Origin: Lama guanicoe
Taxonomy: Eukaryota
Direction: 5' to 3'
Assembly (NCBI GenBank): GCA_013239625.1
Contig: MU054338.1
Location: forward strand, 3,681,371 to 3,745,370
Length of the DNA: 64,000 nt
Shown: positions 61,057 to 64,000 of the stretch, in pieces
How positions within the stretch are numbered: the first letter of the stretch is position 1
Layout: each line of letters begins with the position of its first letter
Translations under genes and position numbers: made by a program
The notes under the pieces: model-generated
Database searches by the model: none
What the model saw: only the letters and a program-made list of their open reading frames with translations
What the model was told of the DNA's origin: nothing

Positions 61057-61062
61057 TTTATT
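61057..61062 (-). terminator. MICOS13: MICOS13 polyadenylation signal
   Basis: TTTATT on plus = AATAAA on minus, ~120 nt after the stop. Confidence 0.85.
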
Positions 61063-61180
61063 GGACTGGCAAGGCCGGAGCTGCCCTCGGAGTGGGGTCC
61101 CAGTCTGGTGTCTTTAGGTCCTTGGTGCCCCTGCCCCTGCCCCTTTCCCCCGCCTGGGGCAGGTGGCGTCCTCTGACAGG

Positions 61181-61278
61181 CTACTTGGTTCGCTCCTTCA
61201 GGTATTCCCAACCTTCCTTGGAGTACTCCCAGGCCTTGGAGGGGGCCACCGACAGAGCCGACATCATTGTGATGATCC
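61181..61278 (-). CDS. MICOS13: MICOS13 exon 4
   Basis: IITMMSALSVAPSKAWEYSKEGWEYLKERTK-stop; four exons sum to 357 nt = 118 aa. Confidence 0.95.
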
Positions 61279-61621
61279 CTGTGGGAAGGGAGGGCCCAGC
61301 GCCTTCAGCAAAGGGGTTTGGTCCAACCCCCAGGAAACCCTAAATCCGCATGACTTTTAGAAGCAGGACTTCCAGCACTCAGTTCCACACAGGGAAATAG
61401 GCAGAGGCCACACGATGTGCTCTGATGCAGCCCCAGGCCCTCAAAGGAGGCTCTATCTTGCTTCCACCTCCCTGGAATCCCCACCTCCCTTTTTCTTTTA
61501 GATCCGTGGGAAGTGTACACACAGCAGGAAGGGAACAATGGAAAGGAATGGCCAGGGAGGGAGGTGGGAGGTATCTGGGGCCACACCCCCCTCCCACGCC
61601 ACCCCCAAGCAGCTGGCCTAC

Positions 61622-61673
61622 CTGAATTCCAGGACTCCCGGATGTGAAAGTTAAACTTTGGAGGGGCTGGGAG
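61622..61673 (-). CDS. MICOS13: MICOS13 exon 3
   Basis: LPAPPKFNFHIRESWNS (WN motif); 52 nt. Confidence 0.94.
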
Positions 61674-61876
61674 CTGGGAAGAGATGGGGAGAACGGGTTG
61701 GGTGAAAGGGGAAGGCCTGGCAGCCCCAGTTTCCCTCACAGACAGGGGGAGCAGCACACGCCCCAGCGCGGAGGACGCCAAGCAGGGCTGCAGGGACTAG
61801 GGATCAAAGGCCACCCCAGAGCTGACACCCAACCCCGCTCCTGCCACGCCTGAGCCTCAATCCCAGCTCGCGGTAC

Positions 61877-62054
61877 CTGGGGTATCTTCAGGCCTGTCTG
61901 CTCACACACGTACTGGCTGAACTGGTACATGGCGGTGGGGACCACCTCCTCTGCCTTCTGAAGGGCGGCCTGGCTCTTGTCACTGGGTCCCAGCAGCTCC
62001 TGGTCGTACACCAGGTAGATAGCACCACCAGCCACACTGCCCTTGATGAGAAAC
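61877..62054 (-). CDS. MICOS13: MICOS13 exon 2
   Basis: FLIKGSVAGGAIYLVYDQELLGPSDKSQAALQKAEEVVPTAMYQFSQYVCEQTGLKIPQ; 178 nt; GxxxG transmembrane segment. Confidence 0.96.
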
Positions 62055-62603
62055 CTGCAGACAGGGAATGGAACCACAGCAGCTCAGCAGACACCGCTGG
62101 CCACCTTCCCAGTCTAGGCCCAAGGGTGTGATAGTGGGGGTTTAGACCCACAATGCAAAGTGACACACCGGAAGCCGGGAAGCTAATGAGGTAAGCACAG
62201 TGAAGACTTAAGGCCCCTGACCACCTTCTACCTTCCAGCTCCGGGACGGATCCTACACAAGCAACCTGCAAGGGTTTTCTAAGAGTCCCTGGTCGTTTCC
62301 TGCATGTCACACGCAGCTCCGAGTGCGCATTAACCACCCAACAAACACGTGCGGCACTCCTGCTCCATTTTACAGAGCAGACAGCTGAGGCTCGGAGGGG
62401 TCTAGTGTGCAGAGTAAGGAAGCAAGGACTCGCTAGGAAGCGGGAAGGAGGCGACGGGCGACCTCAGGAAGCCCCACCACGAACCGACACGGGAGACCTG
62501 GCACTACGGGAAGCGAAGAGCTGGTCGGGAGCAAACCAGAGTACGGTGCCCAAAGAAGAGAACCTTTTCGGGGGCTTGGGGCCCGCCCGGTGGTCACACG
62601 AAC

Positions 62604-62632
62604 CTCATCAGCGACCACACTCGGGGTACCAT
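62604..62632 (-). CDS. MICOS13: MICOS13 (MIC13/QIL1/C19orf70) exon 1
   Basis: MVPRVWSLM(R); 29 nt; donor GTTCGT. Confidence 0.9.
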
Positions 62633-63289
62633 GATTGCTCGGCTCCGCGCGCAAGGACACTCGGCTCGCCCGTCGCTTCCGGTCGAGGCGCCGCAAAGCC
62701 CTCTGGGAGACGTAGTCTCTTATCAGTCGCAAAGGCCCCCGGGAGTCGGAGTCTCGGTACCCCTCCGAGACGACAGAGATGGGTAGCGGTCCGACTGCAA
62801 AATGATCCTGCGGAGCTTTTACCTCAGGGCCCGGCCGCCGCAAAGCTGTCTGGGAAAAGTAGTCAGCACCGCCCCGTGATGACAACTCATTTAGCCGCCC
62901 AGCCTCCTAGGAAATGCAGTCCGGCGCGCCACAGCCCTGGCGACGTGAGGAAAGGAGGAGTTGGGTGTCTGGAGTGAGGCCTGAGGGTGACCAAAGACAT
63001 GTCGGAGCCTGGGCGATCCACCCGCGCCCGCGCGGGGGACTGAGGACCCAGGCCTAGGAACACAGTGCCAGGAAGCCGGTTGTCACGGCAACACGAGGGC
63101 GGACTTGTACAAGATAGGCGGATCCTTAGTCACGTGATCGTGTAGGTGGGGCTTTCCTACAAGGGCGGGGCCAAGGGAGAGCCAGGGGGGAGGTAGTTGC
63201 CCGGCAACGCCCAGCGCAGAGTCCCCCCACATCCGGGCCCCTCCCCGCGAGGAGGTGGGCTCGGAGCCAAGTGGCTCAGGCCCTACGGG

Positions 63290-63411
63290 AGGGGGCGTGG
63301 TCGCGGGCTGGGTGGACACGACCGCGAAGGGAGGGCAGAGGGGCGTATGCGCGGCTCCCAGGCCCGGACCCCAGCCCCGCTGGGCCGAGGGAGAAATTTA
63401 GGCCTGATTGG
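63290..63411 (+). other. Candidate non-coding first exon of the downstream plus-strand gene (start approximate)
   Basis: Strong donor TGG|GTGAGT at 63412 at the distal edge of the CpG island; no coding sequence in window. Confidence 0.4.
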
Positions 63412-64000
63412 GTGAGTGCGCGGAAGGGAGCGTGCAGTGGGTCTCACGCCTCCTTTGTCCAGAGGGGAAACTGAGGCCCAGCAAGGTCAGGGGGCCGGTG
63501 GGTTCTGCGGGGATCGAGTTTTCCCCTTTCATCCCTCATCACGGCCTGGCTGCTTCCTCCATCCCATTCATCCATTCATGCACCCACCCTGCCTACCAGC
63601 CAACCCCTGCAGGGCCGCTGTGGTCCGGGCCGGGTTGAGGAGAGAGTTGAGCTGAGGGGCTTCACAGCTTTTCCCTGGAAGTGGGAAGAAGTGAGAGAGC
63701 TTTCCCTGATGAGGGCATGCTGGCATGACTGGGTCAGGGCGAGGAGTTCACTTTTCTGAGAACTGGAAGATTCATAGACAGGAGCGGGGCTGGATGAGGT
63801 TGGACAGGAGGGCAGGGGTCAGACCTACTGGGTCTTGTGGGCTGAGGTGAGGAGTTTGCCTCCATCTGGGCCAGTGGCAAGTCCTGGGAGGATTTGGAGC
63901 AGGAAGAGACATGCCAGATTTTTTTTTTTTTTTTGAAGACTCCCTATGGCTGTTTGGAAAGGATAGAGTGGGAGGGAGGGAGTGTGAAGATGGGAGAGCC

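Larger units (their letters stand above)
62400..63450. promoter_or_regulatory. CpG island / bidirectional promoter of MICOS13 and a plus-strand gene (likely HSD11B1L by synteny)
   Basis: CpG-rich; three ZNF143/SBS-like motifs, ETS CTTCCGG, two RFX X-boxes, E-box GTCACGTGA, GC box; partner gene inferred from recalled human gene order only. Confidence 0.8.

Overview
Mammalian genomic DNA, most likely camelid (inferred from the tRNA-Ala-derived SINE family; no Alu, Bov-tA, PRE or CAN SINEs seen). The window holds the head-to-head paralog pair SAFB2 (minus strand, coding exons 1-14, rest beyond the left edge) and SAFB (plus strand, 21 coding exons) on a shared CpG-island promoter. It also holds the complete MICOS13 gene (minus, 4 exons, 118 aa) and a second bidirectional CpG island, probably leading into HSD11B1L. 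Exons were traced by hand from GT-AG sites and reading-frame continuity; exon numbers are my own count. Main observations: (1) intron 6 of both paralogs carries the same nested long-range base-paired architecture, conserved where flanking sequence has diverged. (2) An ~870-bp tract around exon 7 is essentially identical between the inverted paralogs, consistent with gene conversion. (3) The SAFB copy of that tract lacks ~190 bp, including the exon 7 splice donor (real null allele or assembly error). (4) Several other introns contain dense stem-loop clusters and candidate NMD-coupled splice sites. No folding or database search was run; all pairings were read by eye.
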